From a virus: a stretch of DNA of 64,000 nucleotides. The stretch lies in IMG/VR virus record IMGVR_UViG_3300050343_000212. One strand, 5' to 3'. Position 1 is the first letter of the stretch. Every line of letters begins with the position of its first letter. The notes under the pieces are model-generated. The model saw only the letters and a list, made by a program, of their open reading frames with translations. It made no database searches and was not told the DNA's origin. Below are positions 55,759 through 64,000 of the stretch, one piece after another. The position numbers and the translations under genes were made by a program.

Positions 55759-56475
55759 CTACGCGAAAAAACTTGATAGTCCTTCCAGTACAACTTCACT
55801 CTCCACTTTTGTATTTGGATTAGTTACTTTCAATTTGTGTGATAACTTAGGCATTGTCTCAAAGAACTTCTCAATCTGTTTGAATTGAATTGAGTTCATA
55901 CCTTCAAGGAATTCCATCACTTCTTTCTTAGTGACATCATCTGTGCTCCAGACCTCTTCCTCATTGTAAATCTTAGACACACAAGTAGCAATCAATTCAA
56001 ATGACTGATCAAAGTTAGAATCATTTACATCAAAATTATTTTTAATAAACTGCTCAAGTGATGGATATTTCATCTCCATCATCAACGTATCATCCAATTT
56101 AATTTGTTTAGTGTGTTCTGGATTCTCAGTGACTTCAATTTCATCAATACCAATTGTCACAGGAATCTCAGTGACACCATCATCAGGAGCAATGATATTA
56201 ATTTCGACTTCTTCACCAACAGACTTACCACGAATGTTCAGGAACAGAAATTCAATATCAAAAGTAGGAAGTTGTTCTACCTTGATACCTCTTGTGGAGA
56301 TACAATTTTTGATAACTGATTTGACAGCATTTGTAATTTCTTTCTGATCTTCTGTTTCTAGAGCAAGAACTAAAAGTTTTTCTTCCTTGACTAGGAAAGG
56401 TCTATACTTGATTGTCTTTTTTGTCGAAGGCAATAACAACTCATATGTTGGTGTAGCAATTTTTGGTAAAGGCAT
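55759..56475 (-). CDS. gp26: baseplate hub subunit
   Basis: MPLPKI.TPTYEL.LPS..K.IKYRPFLVKEEK.L. Confidence 0.9.
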   Translation of the reverse strand: MPLPKIATPTYELLLPSTKKTIKYRPFLVKEEKLLVLALETEDQKEITNAVKSVIKNCISTRGIKVEQLPTFDIEFLFLNIRGKSVGEEVEINIIAPDDGVTEIPVTIGIDEIEVTENPEHTKQIKLDDTLMMEMKYPSLEQFIKNNFDVNDSNFDQSFELIATCVSKIYNEEEVWSTDDVTKKEVMEFLEGMNSIQFKQIEKFFETMPKLSHKLKVTNPNTKVESEVVLEGLSSFFA

Positions 56476-56508
56476 AATATCCTATAACGAGAAGGTCAGT
56501 GAATTTAT

Positions 56509-57192
56509 TTAGTCTTCATCATTGAAGAACTGATTGTAATCATTTAAGACTCCTTTCTTAGTTCTGAATCTGACATACCTAGTGTATGCAAATGAGACAC
56601 TAAGTTTCAACACCTCACTCTGGGCATAAGAGACAGGCATTGAGATGATATTTAGTGGAAAAGCATCAACGAACTCATAAGAGAGTTGGAAGTCTGATAG
56701 ATCTTTCTCATACTTAGTAACAAAGATTGGAGCCCTGTATGTTTTAGGATAGTTCATCCTATAATTAGCACTATCAGATTTATACGTTGCTCTAGGATCA
56801 ACAGCACGTTGTGGTTTAACATTCATACCAGAGATCCAATCAACCCACCCCTCAAAGAATTCAACTACACCATAATCTTTATCGACATAAAATGTCATAT
56901 CAATAGTTGAATCAAACTGACGACGGTATGCCATCCTCTCACTAACACCATGATAATCATTCGTCACCTCATGAGTGGCGAATGTTGTTCCGGGTAAGGA
57001 TGTTTCATGACAAAGGAGTTCTATATTTTCTCCCTCTTTATCATAATTAAACTTCCTATTAGAACTATTAATAAATTTTTTAACTTTGTCGGGGGGTTGA
57101 ATCATTACCTGATAGACAGATGTTTGAGCAAGATTCAATATCTTGCTCTTCAAAGCCCCAGTACTAAATGATTTTGGACTTGCACCAGGCAT
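56509..57192 (-). CDS. tail tube/tube-initiator family protein (gp54/gp19-like)
   Basis: LCHETSLPG...RRQFD...TFYVD...YEFVDAFP.NI..MPVSY. Confidence 0.7.
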   Translation of the reverse strand: MPGASPKSFSTGALKSKILNLAQTSVYQVMIQPPDKVKKFINSSNRKFNYDKEGENIELLCHETSLPGTTFATHEVTNDYHGVSERMAYRRQFDSTIDMTFYVDKDYGVVEFFEGWVDWISGMNVKPQRAVDPRATYKSDSANYRMNYPKTYRAPIFVTKYEKDLSDFQLSYEFVDAFPLNIISMPVSYAQSEVLKLSVSFAYTRYVRFRTKKGVLNDYNQFFNDED

Positions 57193-57193
57193 C

Positions 57194-57201
57194 TATAAAT
57201 A
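57194..57201 (+). promoter_or_regulatory. T4 consensus late promoter TATAAATA
   Basis: Exact match upstream of gp4. Confidence 0.75.
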
Positions 57202-57232
57202 AGATTGACTACTATTACTATGTATGTGAGTT

Positions 57233-57739
57233 GTGGGAGAAAGTATTAAGTCTAAATTTAGACCATCTAATCCTCTTAAGTATATGGGTGATCCCAACAA
57301 TATCATTTGTCGGTCTTCATGGGAAAGAAAGATGTGTCAGTGGTGTGACACACAACCAAATGTATTGAAATGGGCGAGTGAGGAGTTTAGCATCCCATAT
57401 GTCTCACCAAAAGATGGTAAGGTGCATAGATATTATCCTGATTTCTTAATCGAATTTCGTGATGTCAATGGTAAGACTAAAAAACAAATAATTGAAGTAA
57501 AACCCAAAAGACAGACAAGACCACCTGAAAGAAAGTCAAGGGTAACTAAATCATATCTCTATGAATCAGTCACATATGAGATAAATATGGCTAAGTGGAA
57601 GGCTGCCAGTGAGTTCGCCAAAGATAATGGGATTGAATTTAAGATTATCACTGAAGACGAACTAGGTATCAAACAGAATGGAAGAGGAACAGGAAGAGTA
57701 CCTAAAAAGCGACACCCTAAGAACAGACGGTCTCATTGA
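57233..57739 (+). CDS. gp4: head completion protein
   Basis: KY.GDPNNIICRSSWE..MC.WCD...WASEE..IPY.SP.DG..HRY.PDF...EVKP..QT. Confidence 0.9.
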   Translation: MGESIKSKFRPSNPLKYMGDPNNIICRSSWERKMCQWCDTQPNVLKWASEEFSIPYVSPKDGKVHRYYPDFLIEFRDVNGKTKKQIIEVKPKRQTRPPERKSRVTKSYLYESVTYEINMAKWKAASEFAKDNGIEFKIITEDELGIKQNGRGTGRVPKKRHPKNRRSH

Positions 57740-58061
57740 TGTTTGTGCTGGGATATCTGACTCAGACGACAAGATGTTAGAAGTCTTAGAAAGATTGTCA
57801 GAAGTTGAGATTGTCCCCAATGTAGGAAGATATTACACTTTCATATATAACCCCAAAACTCCGCGTATTCGATATGATGAATACCCACTTATTGCCTGTA
57901 TAGAAGTTAATCGATGGGGATTCAGGGGTGTAAATTATCATTGGGGTAAGTTTAGAAACTACACATGGGATGAAGTACAGAGCAATCTCCATGTAATTTA
58001 CCCAAGAGAACTTGAAGACCTGAGGTCTATCGGATATCAAAAATTTGAACTAAATATTTAA
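57678..58061 (+). CDS. DNA end-protector (gp2)-like protein
   Basis: YTFIYNPKTP..YDEYPL....WGFRGVNYHW. Confidence 0.55.
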   Translation: MEEEQEEYLKSDTLRTDGLIDVCAGISDSDDKMLEVLERLSEVEIVPNVGRYYTFIYNPKTPRIRYDEYPLIACIEVNRWGFRGVNYHWGKFRNYTWDEVQSNLHVIYPRELEDLRSIGYQKFELNI

Positions 58062-58070
58062 AAAAGATAA

Positions 58071-59615
58071 ATGCCACTCGATCTATCTAATTGGTCTAAA
58101 GCAGACCCCGATTCAGAGAAAAAATATAATCGAGTGACTCGCCTGCCTATAGGTGAGAAATCTATGAATAAAAAACAAAAGTTATTGATTCAAAGCGACA
58201 TCAGGACCGGCGATTATAAAATTTTTGCAGCTGGTAAGAAAGAATTTGGTGGGAAGAGGAATGAAGACATTCTCATCTATTCATATAATGCCGATGAAGA
58301 TGATATAACGATTAATAATACTGATTATTATTCAGGTATGTTTGAACGTAAGGGTGGAAATAGAACACTCAAAAAATTAAACAGTGAGGTTAGATTAGAT
58401 ACATACAATCTTGCTAGAGAGAATCAAAATACACGTAGTAATAGAAAAAAATTTGAGTCTTTAGGTGAGAAACCAGGTTACAAATCAGCTTTTAATCAAT
58501 CTATTGTGCCACCTGAATCAATAGTCTCACCTATCGTTGAACCATCTGGAATTAGAATTAATAATGATTCCAGACGAAATGTCAGTACAAGAGTCACACC
58601 TAATACAGATATAGATGGTGGTGAATCAACAGATGACATAACACCATCTATAGATAGTGGTGGATCAGGATCTGGCGGCGGTGGCGGTGGTGGATCACCT
58701 AGATCTCTTGGTCTTCAGAACGCTGGTGTATCTAACTACATGAGATATCCAATGGGTAGGTTACCTAGTCTAGGGTATGACTATATTCAGATAAGAGCAT
58801 TTAAGTATGCAGCAGTGGGATTACCAACAGAATACAATCAAGAAAGAAAGAAAGCCAAAGATAGATTAGTTGAAGCCACTGGAGATATAATTCAATTACC
58901 AATGATTGGATCAATCTCTGAGACTAATGCAGTGTCTTGGAGTGATGATACGGTCAGTGAGATCCAAAACATTGCTGCTGGTATTGCTCTTAGTGGTATT
59001 ACAAAAGATACAGATCCATTTTCAGCAACCTTCGGAGCCATGAAAGCAGTATTGGCGAATGCCACTGAAGCTTTCAAGACTGAAGAAATAAGAATGGCGA
59101 TCGCGTCTTACTTTGCAGGACAAGCAGCTGGTGTCCCCAATGTATTACAAAGAAACACAGGTCAAATGATCAACAACAACCTTGAGTTGTTGTTTAGTGG
59201 TCCAAACCTTAGATCATTCAACTTCGCTTTTAATCTTAGACCAAGAGACAAAGCAGAAGCAGATATGTGTAGACAAATTATCAGATCTCTCAAGGCATCT
59301 TCTGCCCCCAAACTCAGTGCTGACTATATGTTCTTGGAGACTCCAGATGTCTTCAAGCTTGAGTACATATATAATAGTAGTGCAAACACTACTTTATCAG
59401 CAGATGCTTCCCCTAAGGAGCATCCTTATATGAATAAGATCAAACCATGTGCCCTCACAGGTCTGAGTGTAAACTATACACCAGAAGGATCATACGCAAC
59501 CTATGAGGACGGAGGATCAATGACTGGTTATGATCTATCATTATCATTTAAAGAACTAGAACCTGTATATCAGAAAGATCAACTGAATGCAGGTGAAGAA
59601 AATATGGGTTACTAA
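58071..59615 (+). CDS. gp48: baseplate tail-tube cap
   Basis: NNNLELLFSGP.LRSF.F.F.L.PR...FL.TPDVF.LEY...KPCAL....VNYTPEG; CTAAATA at 58050. Confidence 0.8.
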   Translation: MPLDLSNWSKADPDSEKKYNRVTRLPIGEKSMNKKQKLLIQSDIRTGDYKIFAAGKKEFGGKRNEDILIYSYNADEDDITINNTDYYSGMFERKGGNRTLKKLNSEVRLDTYNLARENQNTRSNRKKFESLGEKPGYKSAFNQSIVPPESIVSPIVEPSGIRINNDSRRNVSTRVTPNTDIDGGESTDDITPSIDSGGSGSGGGGGGGSPRSLGLQNAGVSNYMRYPMGRLPSLGYDYIQIRAFKYAAVGLPTEYNQERKKAKDRLVEATGDIIQLPMIGSISETNAVSWSDDTVSEIQNIAAGIALSGITKDTDPFSATFGAMKAVLANATEAFKTEEIRMAIASYFAGQAAGVPNVLQRNTGQMINNNLELLFSGPNLRSFNFAFNLRPRDKAEADMCRQIIRSLKASSAPKLSADYMFLETPDVFKLEYIYNSSANTTLSADASPKEHPYMNKIKPCALTGLSVNYTPEGSYATYEDGGSMTGYDLSLSFKELEPVYQKDQLNAGEENMGY

Positions 59616-60286
59616 TGGCCAAACACTATTTCAGAAACGTCCCAGACTTTGACTACGTCAGTAGACAAGAAGGACAAAATAACATCTCAGAGTATGTCAG
59701 AGTAAAGAATCTCTTCAAACGTGTCAAGATAAGAGAAGACCTTTTTAATGAACTAACATACTTCACCAAATATAAAATTGTTGGTGACGAAAGACCAGAT
59801 CAGATTGCCAACAAAATATACGGAGACTCAAGATACGACTGGGTCATTCTATTGTCCAACAATGTAATGAATGTTGAGTCAGAATGGCCACTAGATTCAG
59901 TGTCCTTTCATAATTACATGGTCAGAAAGTATGGTGGTGATGATAAACTCTCTGCTATTCATCACTATGAAACCACCGATGTAAAAGATAGCCTCGGAAG
60001 AATCATAGTCCGTGCAGGACTTGAGGTACCTTCAAATTACGTTGTCAATTTCTATGATAACAATACAGGTTCACAAGTTACTGTTAATAATGCAGTGATT
60101 GGTATAACAAACTACGAATATGAAATTCAAAAAGATGATGACAAGAGACAGATCTTCTTATTGAAACCAGAGTACCTGGGCATAATCAAGAATGATATTG
60201 ATGAGATCATGCCATACCCTGAAGGTTCGGAACAATATGTCAATGAAAATCTTGTCAGGGGTGACGACATCAGAATCTATTCATAA
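59615..60286 (+). CDS. gp53: baseplate wedge subunit
   Basis: Y.IVGDERPDQIA..IYGDSRYDWVILLSNN. Confidence 0.9.
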   Translation: MAKHYFRNVPDFDYVSRQEGQNNISEYVRVKNLFKRVKIREDLFNELTYFTKYKIVGDERPDQIANKIYGDSRYDWVILLSNNVMNVESEWPLDSVSFHNYMVRKYGGDDKLSAIHHYETTDVKDSLGRIIVRAGLEVPSNYVVNFYDNNTGSQVTVNNAVIGITNYEYEIQKDDDKRQIFLLKPEYLGIIKNDIDEIMPYPEGSEQYVNENLVRGDDIRIYS

Positions 60287-60307
60287 AAAAGTAATAGGCA
60301 TAAAAAA

Positions 60308-60332
60308 TTCTGGGGAATATTTTTCCCCAGAA
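60308..60332. terminator. bidirectional hairpin between convergent transcripts
   Basis: TTCTGGGGAA-TATTT-TTCCCCAGAA perfect 10-bp inverted repeat. Confidence 0.75.
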
Positions 60333-60357
60333 AATGAAACTAAACTTCGATTTTCAT

Positions 60358-60426
60358 TTACCCCTTAAGGAGGTTGATGTATGATGCAACAACCAGTAGA
60401 GTAAGACATACTTGATTGTATTTCAT
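60358..60426 (-). CDS. 22-aa hydrophobic micropeptide
   Basis: MKYNQVCLTLLVVASYINLLKG, starting 2 nt after the gp32 stop. Confidence 0.45.
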   Translation of the reverse strand: MKYNQVCLTLLVVASYINLLKG

Positions 60427-60428
60427 TA

Positions 60429-61355
60429 TCAACTGTCAGCTAGTTTAGCAAAGTACGACATGGGATCATCATCGTCATCAGAGGATGATGGTTCCGTAGT
60501 CTTTGATGCCTGATAAGAATCCTCAAGTTTCTTTAGGACTTCTTCCTCAGATACCTTCTTCTGTTCTGTTGCTGCGTAGTTATCATACTCAGTCTCCTCT
60601 TGTGGAGCCTGTCGTTTCTTAGTCCCCAACACATAGTCGAGACGCTTCTTCAGTTCGTCATAGGACTTGAACTGATCATCTGCAACGAATGAAGTGAGTG
60701 AATACTCCTTCTTCCAGATAGCTTCCAGTGCGTCATCATCATCCAGGAGAGGGGACACACGGTCGAACTCAGAACTATCATAGTTCCAGTAACCAGCAAC
60801 CTTCTTCAGTTTCAGTTTGAAGTTAGCACCTTGCCAGAAATCGAAAGGATTAATGGGGGTCTCATCTTCAAACTCAGGTTGCATTGCCTCCATGATCTTG
60901 TCAAAGATCTTCTTACCAAACTTATACAGGAAGACCTTACCCTCGTTCTGAGGATTAGATTTATCCTGTACCACATAGATGTTGGCGTAGAAGGAGAGTT
61001 TACGTTTCTGTTTACGAACTGTCTCTTTATCTTTATCGCTACCACTATTCCACAACTCTCGGTTCAGTTCACCGATAGGATCTTTTCCACCGACTGTAGT
61101 CAGAGAATTTTCAATATACCAACCACCTGGTCCTTGGAAGGCGTGGGAGAATAGTTTAACCCAAGGGAGATCTTCTCCATCAGGTGCTGGGAGGAATCGA
61201 ATGACGGCATATCCGTTACCAGTTTTGTCCATCTCTGGTTTCCACAGACGTTCATCTGATCCTCCACCAGTATTACTTTGCTTCTCTACTTCTTTTACAA
61301 GCTTAGCAGTAAGACTACCAAGAGAAGATTGCTTTTTAAGGTCTCCGAAACCCAT
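60429..61355 (-). CDS. gp32: single-stranded DNA-binding protein
   Basis: DERLWKP..DK.GNGYAVIRFLPA...WYIENSLTT.G..DP...WNYD.SEF; acidic tail. Confidence 0.95.
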   Translation of the reverse strand: MGFGDLKKQSSLGSLTAKLVKEVEKQSNTGGGSDERLWKPEMDKTGNGYAVIRFLPAPDGEDLPWVKLFSHAFQGPGGWYIENSLTTVGGKDPIGELNRELWNSGSDKDKETVRKQKRKLSFYANIYVVQDKSNPQNEGKVFLYKFGKKIFDKIMEAMQPEFEDETPINPFDFWQGANFKLKLKKVAGYWNYDSSEFDRVSPLLDDDDALEAIWKKEYSLTSFVADDQFKSYDELKKRLDYVLGTKKRQAPQEETEYDNYAATEQKKVSEEEVLKKLEDSYQASKTTEPSSSDDDDDPMSYFAKLADS

Positions 61356-61425
61356 TGTGTTACCTCGTATGTTTGTATTTGGCTTTTGTCCCGTGGCTTA
61401 AAGGGGATTGGGTAGCCCCTGGTCT

Positions 61426-61454
61426 AGTGTAGGTCCTAATGGACCTCGTGTCAA
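61426..61454 (-). promoter_or_regulatory. sigma70 promoter of gp32 with palindromic spacer
   Basis: TTGACA-N17-TACACT; spacer contains AGGTCC-ATTA-GGACCT. Confidence 0.8.
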
Positions 61455-61786
61455 GACCCTTCTTGTATTGTTTTTTTCATAGTCTCGATGATGGAAGACA
61501 TGTTTGAAAAAACATATCCCAGGTCAACATCGGGAGGAAATCCTAGTTGTTTAGCAGACGTGATAATGTTTTCCTTCATCGCCTTTGCTTCAGGATCATT
61601 AGACAAAGATAGTCTAGTATAGAGAACCTTCTGTTTATTGAGAAGTTTATCCAACATATCTATATGAAGAATTTTGTCATCAGCATTCATAGATGAAAAA
61701 CTGAATACCTTCGCATAAATTTCATCCTGGAGTTCTGAAATTTCTTTCATCTCCTTTTGAACAATATCAGAATCGAAGAAGTTCAT
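61451..61786 (-). CDS. DUF1825-like conserved cyanophage protein
   Basis: MNFFDSDIVQKEM.EI..LQ..IY...LLNKQKVLYTRLSLS.DPEA. Confidence 0.7.
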   Translation of the reverse strand: MNFFDSDIVQKEMKEISELQDEIYAKVFSFSSMNADDKILHIDMLDKLLNKQKVLYTRLSLSNDPEAKAMKENIITSAKQLGFPPDVDLGYVFSNMSSIIETMKKTIQEGS

Positions 61787-62389
61787 TAAACTACTATGTC
61801 TTTTAGTAACTTTTTGTATTTAAAGATGTCAATCTTTAAGAAGGTGTTATATTTATCCATCCTCATGGATAGAAATTTCCAGACGGGGTCGTCTAGTTTC
61901 TTGTCATAAGTTTTCTTAAATCCCAAAATTCTATCAAGGATTATAAATGTTTCAAGAGAGATGTTCTTTATTAGGTGTTCCTTGACAACCTGAGGGTGAC
62001 TCAAACCTTTGAGTTTAAACATATCATCAAACTTCTGTCCTGTAAATACAGATTCCACCTCTTGACGAAAAACATATGTAAGTGATTGGGTTCTCTTCTT
62101 CCAATCAGTGTAACTTTGTTCTCCATTCTGCATTATCTCCCCAATCCACAAAGCCTGTGGATCATTACATGCTACGAAGTTGGAGACAAAGAATTCAATT
62201 ACTTCAGTATCATCTTTTTGCCTACTCAATTTTTCAAAGAAAAATCTATCTCTACGTTTATAGAAACTCTGTAGGGAAGCACGACTCTTACCACAATACT
62301 TGTGATAGTCATACTTTGGTTTAGTAAAGTGGTTCTTAAGTCCTAGGTAAGACTTGTAGGCATCAAACGGGGGTCACCTTCGGTATCAT
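61786..62389 (-). CDS. gp59: helicase loader (one +1 frameshift near 62371)
   Basis: Reconstructed MIPKVTPFDAYKSYLGLKNHFT..YDY.KY.GK.RAS..SF..R.DRFFFEKL. Confidence 0.85.
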
Positions 62390-62561
62390 CTATTTGATCA
62401 AATCCAATAATATCTTCAATTTTTGCGATGTGTTGTCCTGCAATTAAGTAGGAATGGGAACCATCGATTTCCCCAACATATTTCAATTCATCCTCACGGA
62501 ATTGATTCTCTCTGAGGGCGGCTTGTAATTGTAAGTGTCTTAGTTCTACTTCAGAAATCAT
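62343..62561 (-). CDS. hypothetical protein (true stop probably ~62364)
   Basis: ORF track; the same extra C extends its tail. Confidence 0.6.
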   Translation of the reverse strand: MISEVELRHLQLQAALRENQFREDELKYVGEIDGSHSYLIAGQHIAKIEDIIGFDQIDDTEGDPRLMPTSLT

Positions 62562-62822
62562 ATTGGTAGTTTAGCATGAGATGTTCTCTTTAAGTAGATT
62601 CAATTCCATTGCTTCGTACTTCAACTTTTCCTTCAGTGGTTTAGACAATAGTTTAGGAACTGATTCAATGTCAATACTATTTTCTTCACAGAAGTAAACT
62701 ATAGCATCAATGTACTTCATGCCATTTCCATCATTGGCAATAGTCTCGATTTCTTCTGTAAATTTACGAGAACAATAGAACTTATTCTCGATAATCTTAT
62801 TGATGTCGTCAGGCTTTACCAT
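62558..62822 (-). CDS. gp33: late transcription coactivator (one +1 frameshift near 62590)
   Basis: YIDAIV.FCEEN.ID.ESVPKLLSKPLKEKLKYEA.ELN; corrected end LLKRTSHAKLPI. Confidence 0.9.
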
Positions 62823-63484
62823 ATTCCTGTAGTTTAAATTCAACAAACTCTCTAATATATTCGGAGAGAAGATTGATGTACTTTCTCTTGTCATATTCTT
62901 CATAGACTTTGACTTCTCCGTCTTCGCAAGACATAATGATTACAAATTTCTTGACCATGATCCCGGTCATCTCAAATAACATACAAGCGTATGCTGCACA
63001 CTGAACGAAGTGGTGATCCACCCACTCTTTTGGTTTTGGTTTCTTAGATGTCTTAAAGTCAATGACAGCCAACTCACCATCATACTCCGCAATACAATCA
63101 ACACTACCAGCTATTCCCAGTTCATAACTGAATAAAGCCTGTTCCTGTGCATGAATGTTATCGATGTTATCCAGGGTAGGTTTAGCCTGCTTGAATAACA
63201 TTTCTGCCAAAGGTTGAACATTTGGTACATCAAGGTTCTTCAAATAATATTCAGAGCAGGTGTGCATATCTGTACCCCTACTCGTTGCTTGTTTGGTAAC
63301 CTTATTGGCCTCATCATTTCCTACCCTAGCTCTCCACGCACGGAAAATCTCACGATTGTAGTGGCTAATAATAGAAGTGATTGATACTAGTTTTTCACCC
63401 TTTGGGGTGTCATAATATCTGACTCCATCAATCGTCTCCCGTGAGAGAGACGGATAATCTATTTCAATGTGAGTTAAAACTCAT
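62809..63484 (-). CDS. PD-(D/E)xK exonuclease (one +1 frameshift just after the ATG)
   Basis: RGTDMH...AGSVDCIAEYDGELAVIDFKTS...VQCAAYA. Confidence 0.9.
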
Positions 63485-64000
63485 AGACCCAGTTCATGTT
63501 TAGCGACGATGTATTCCTTGACAAGACCACTCCTACAGATGTCCTCTGGTTGGAACTCAATAGTGTCGAAGGATGGCATTTGATTGATGATTCTCATGAA
63601 GTCAACAATACCATTCCTCTCATGAGTTTTCACCAAGTCAGTTTGTGTTGCGTCTCCACAGAAATGGATCTTGCTGTTCTCACCTACCCTAGTAATGATT
63701 GAATCAAGTTCATGAAAGTTCAGGTTCTGAAACTCATCAATGATAAGAATAGCATTATCAAAAGTTGTACCTCTAATAAAAGATGTACTCCAGAAACTTA
63801 TTGTACCCTGAGATTTCAGATTTGCATAGAGCATCTCGAAAGAATTATCATCAGGCATCTCAAACATGTATTTTACCATATTCTTATAAGGAATCTGATA
63901 GATGTCAGACTTATCTTCATGGTCACCAGGAAGGAAACCAATCTCTCTGGTGGGTACAAGAGACCTGACGATGTAAATCTTCTCATATGGTGTCTTTGGA
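63481..64000 (-). CDS. phoH: PhoH-family ATPase, 5'-truncated by the window
   Basis: IVRSLVPTREIGFLPGD...STSFIRGTTFDN..LIIDEFQN...CGDATQTDL. Confidence 0.95.
   Translation of the reverse strand, partial: PKTPYEKIYIVRSLVPTREIGFLPGDHEDKSDIYQIPYKNMVKYMFEMPDDNSFEMLYANLKSQGTISFWSTSFIRGTTFDNAILIIDEFQNLNFHELDSIITRVGENSKIHFCGDATQTDLVKTHERNGIVDFMRIINQMPSFDTIEFQPEDICRSGLVKEYIVAKHELGL

Noticed and set aside
57233-57739. TnsA-like transposase or homing endonuclease
   Set aside because: The fold similarity is expected for gp4, and the context is the conserved gp4-gp48-gp53 block.
61786-63484. Pseudogenisation of gp59, gp33 and the exonuclease
   Set aside because: Each is fixed by removing one base from a short run, and these are core replication/late-transcription genes; sequence error is far more likely.
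62809-63484. Cas4 / CRISPR-associated gene
   Set aside because: It is the standard PD-(D/E)xK exonuclease between phoH and gp33 in T4-like cyanophages; no Fe-S cysteine set, cas genes or array nearby.

Overview
This window is a 64-kb piece of a large T4-like cyanophage genome (cyanomyovirus/Kyanoviridae type), almost entirely coded on the minus strand. In transcription order, from the right end: (1) phoH, exonuclease, gp33, gp59, DUF1825-like gene and gp32. (2) A plus-strand block gp4, gp2-like, gp48, gp53. (3) Baseplate/tail genes (gp54-like, gp26, gp51, two long tape-measure-like proteins with amidase, lysozyme and M23 domains, a gp27-like hub, gp5 and gp5-associated genes). (4) A ~29-kb hypervariable tail-fibre/receptor-binding island (10.7-39.9 kb) with paralogous fibre, adaptor, tip and chaperone genes, interspersed with 2OG-Fe(II) oxygenases. 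(5) An early/host-takeover region of small genes (1-10.4 kb) with CP12-like and NblA-like proteins, an RNA-ligase-like protein, an SF2 helicase and a five-copy upstream motif. The most interesting signals are a repeated plug-and-socket gene grammar in the fibre island, Pro/Gly-rich tip paralogs next to a separately promoted cluster of hydroxylases, a ligase-motif protein and the repeated non-sigma70 promoter motif. Many +1 homopolymer frameshifts, including in gp59 and gp33, and two abrupt gene-to-gene junctions indicate a noisy (probably long-read) consensus, so broken genes should not be read as pseudogenes. All family assignments come from motif recognition, not database searches. I saw no tRNA, CRISPR array, integrase or reverse transcriptase.
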